A DNA stretch of 30,632 bases from Candidatus Hermodarchaeota archaeon (lineage in GTDB: Archaea; Asgardarchaeota; Lokiarchaeia; Sigyniarchaeales; SOKP01): the NCBI GenBank assembly GCA_048885525.1, contig JBHLLP010000041.1, positions 1 through 30,632 of the forward strand, written 5' to 3'. How positions within the stretch are numbered: position 1 is the stretch's first letter; every line of letters starts with the position of its first letter. The notes under the pieces were generated by a model. The model ran no database searches. It was not told the origin of the DNA and was given only the letters and a program-made list of their open reading frames with translations. The position numbers were made by a program, and so were the translations under genes. Below, piece after piece: positions 28,909 to 30,632 of this stretch.

Positions 28909-30632
28909 GTGTTAAAAATTTCATATAATGAAAAAGAAGTAGAACTGTTGGAATTTTGGAAAGAGAATGAAATATTTGAAAAAAGTGTAGAACAAAGACC
29001 AAAAAATAAACCATACATATTTTATGATGGCCCCCCATTTGCGACGGGATTACCTCAACATGGTAATATATTAAGTATTGTAACAAAAGATGTTTTTCCG
29101 AGATATTGGACAATGAAAGGGCATCGTTGTGAGAGGAGATGGGGTTGGGATTGCCATGGGCTTCCTATAGAAAGTGTTTGTGAAAAAGCTCTAAATTTAA
29201 AACAAAAGAATGAAATTTTTGATATGGGAATTGGAGAATTTAATGAATTTTGTCGTTCAAAAGTGCTTTGGTACGCTAATGAATGGAAAAAGACCGTTGA
29301 TCGAATGGGCAAGTGGATAGAATTTGATAATTCATATAAAACTATGGATAATACTTATATGGAAACTGTGTGGTATATTTTTAAGAAGATATATACTGAT
29401 GGTCTTATATATAAAGGCAAAAAAGTACTTTTCTATTGTCCAAGGTGTGAAACTCCACTCTCTAATTCGGAGATTTCTATGGATAATAGTTATAAGGACG
29501 TAACTGAACAATCTGTAACAACAAAATTTGAATTAAAAGAAGAACCAGGGACATTTCTTCTAGCATGGACTACTACCCCTTGGACATTAATCGGAAATGT
29601 GGCTTTAGCTGTAAACAGTAAGCAACTATATGTTAAAGTAAAGATTAATAGCAAATATTTCATATTAATAAAAAACAGATTAGACACCATCAAAGAAGAG
29701 TATGAAATAATTAAGGAATTTAAAGGAAAAGAATTGTTAGATAAAGATTATGAACCCTTATATCAAATTTCTACTAAGAGCGAAAAAAAAGGGCATTTTG
29801 TCATTGATGGTGGTGATGAAGTTTTATCCGATGAAGGAACTGGAATTATACATATAGCACTTTATGGTGAATTTGATTATGAAATGATAGATAAGTATGA
29901 TCTTCCAATAATTCAACACATTGATGAACATGGCAATTTGGCTGATGGCCCTAAAGATTGGAATGGATTGTGGTTTAAAGATGTAGATGAAGAGGTTTTG
30001 GAGGATTTACATGATCGGAATCTGTTATACCATTCAGAAGATTACATACATTCATATCCTTTCTGTTATAGATGTGATACGCCCTTAATTTATAATGTTC
30101 TTGATGCTTGGTTTATAAACATTCAGCATATAAAACCAAGACTTTTAGAAACTAATAAAGACATCAACTGGTATCCCAAAGAAATTTCTAAAAGATATCA
30201 AAAGATAATAGAAACTGCTCCTGATTGGTGTATTTCAAGAAATCGGTTTTGGGCAACAGCAATGCCCATCTGGGAATGCGAAGATTGTAAAGAAGTTAGA
30301 ATTATTGGATCAGTGAAAGAATTACAAGAAAATGCGATTGAAGAGGTTCCTGATGAATTGGATCTTCATAGACACATAGTGGATAATATACATATTAAAT
30401 GCCCCAGTTGTGGTAAAGTAATGAATCGTATATCAGAGGTATTTGATTGTTGGTTGGAATCTGGTTCAATGCCATATGCTGCAAAGCATTACCCTTTTGA
30501 AAATATTAAATGGTTTCAGAACAATTTCCCGAGCGATTTTGTTTCAGAATATATTGCTCAGGTCAGAGCATGGTTTTACTATATGCATGTAATATCAATT
30601 CTACTATTTGATGATATTCCTTTTAAAAATGT
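28909..30632 (+). CDS. ileS: Isoleucyl-tRNA synthetase, type 2 (partial, runs off window end)
   Basis: Not in ORF track. FYDGPPFATGLP, WGWDCHGLP, CPRCETPLSN, WTTTPWTL, GTGIIH, HSYPFCYRC, DWCISRNRFW and FDCWLESGSMP. First in-frame start is GTG 28909. Confidence 0.95.
   Translation, partial: MLKISYNEKEVELLEFWKENEIFEKSVEQRPKNKPYIFYDGPPFATGLPQHGNILSIVTKDVFPRYWTMKGHRCERRWGWDCHGLPIESVCEKALNLKQKNEIFDMGIGEFNEFCRSKVLWYANEWKKTVDRMGKWIEFDNSYKTMDNTYMETVWYIFKKIYTDGLIYKGKKVLFYCPRCETPLSNSEISMDNSYKDVTEQSVTTKFELKEEPGTFLLAWTTTPWTLIGNVALAVNSKQLYVKVKINSKYFILIKNRLDTIKEEYEIIKEFKGKELLDKDYEPLYQISTKSEKKGHFVIDGGDEVLSDEGTGIIHIALYGEFDYEMIDKYDLPIIQHIDEHGNLADGPKDWNGLWFKDVDEEVLEDLHDRNLLYHSEDYIHSYPFCYRCDTPLIYNVLDAWFINIQHIKPRLLETNKDINWYPKEISKRYQKIIETAPDWCISRNRFWATAMPIWECEDCKEVRIIGSVKELQENAIEEVPDELDLHRHIVDNIHIKCPSCGKVMNRISEVFDCWLESGSMPYAAKHYPFENIKWFQNNFPSDFVSEYIAQVRAWFYYMHVISILLFDDIPFKN

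Overview
This is an AT-rich archaeal window, very probably from an Asgard archaeon (Lokiarchaeia-like). The assignment is inferred from archaeal TBP, Cdc48, deoxyhypusine synthase and a PSTK-like kinase occurring alongside many eukaryotic-signature proteins. Housekeeping genes include argS-speB-dys, ileS (partial), tbp, cdc48, pncC, acyP, peptidases and aminotransferases. They are interleaved with a cytoplasmic reductive dehalogenase-like gene and a dense small-GTPase signalling kit. That kit has three intact Rab-like GTPases, a fourth full-length copy broken by two in-frame UGA codons, and a C-terminal remnant of a fifth. It also has two V4R (Bet3/TRAPP-fold-related) proteins, each lying between two GTPase genes, plus a longin-like protein, a uDENN/NPRL2-like longin-wHTH protein, a LITAF-like Zn protein and a possible gelsolin-like protein. 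The best candidate for an undescribed system is the repeated GTPase-V4R-GTPase module (one copy with a thioredoxin), a possible ligand- or redox-sensing proto-TRAPP/Rab switch. A second candidate is a MoxR AAA+ ATPase coupled to a TraB-like protein with a degenerate VWA-like C-terminus. Two genes at the window edges are missing from the ORF track: a Lin0512-family gene and ileS. No rRNA, tRNA, CRISPR array or transposase was seen. All family calls come from motif recognition by eye, not database searches.
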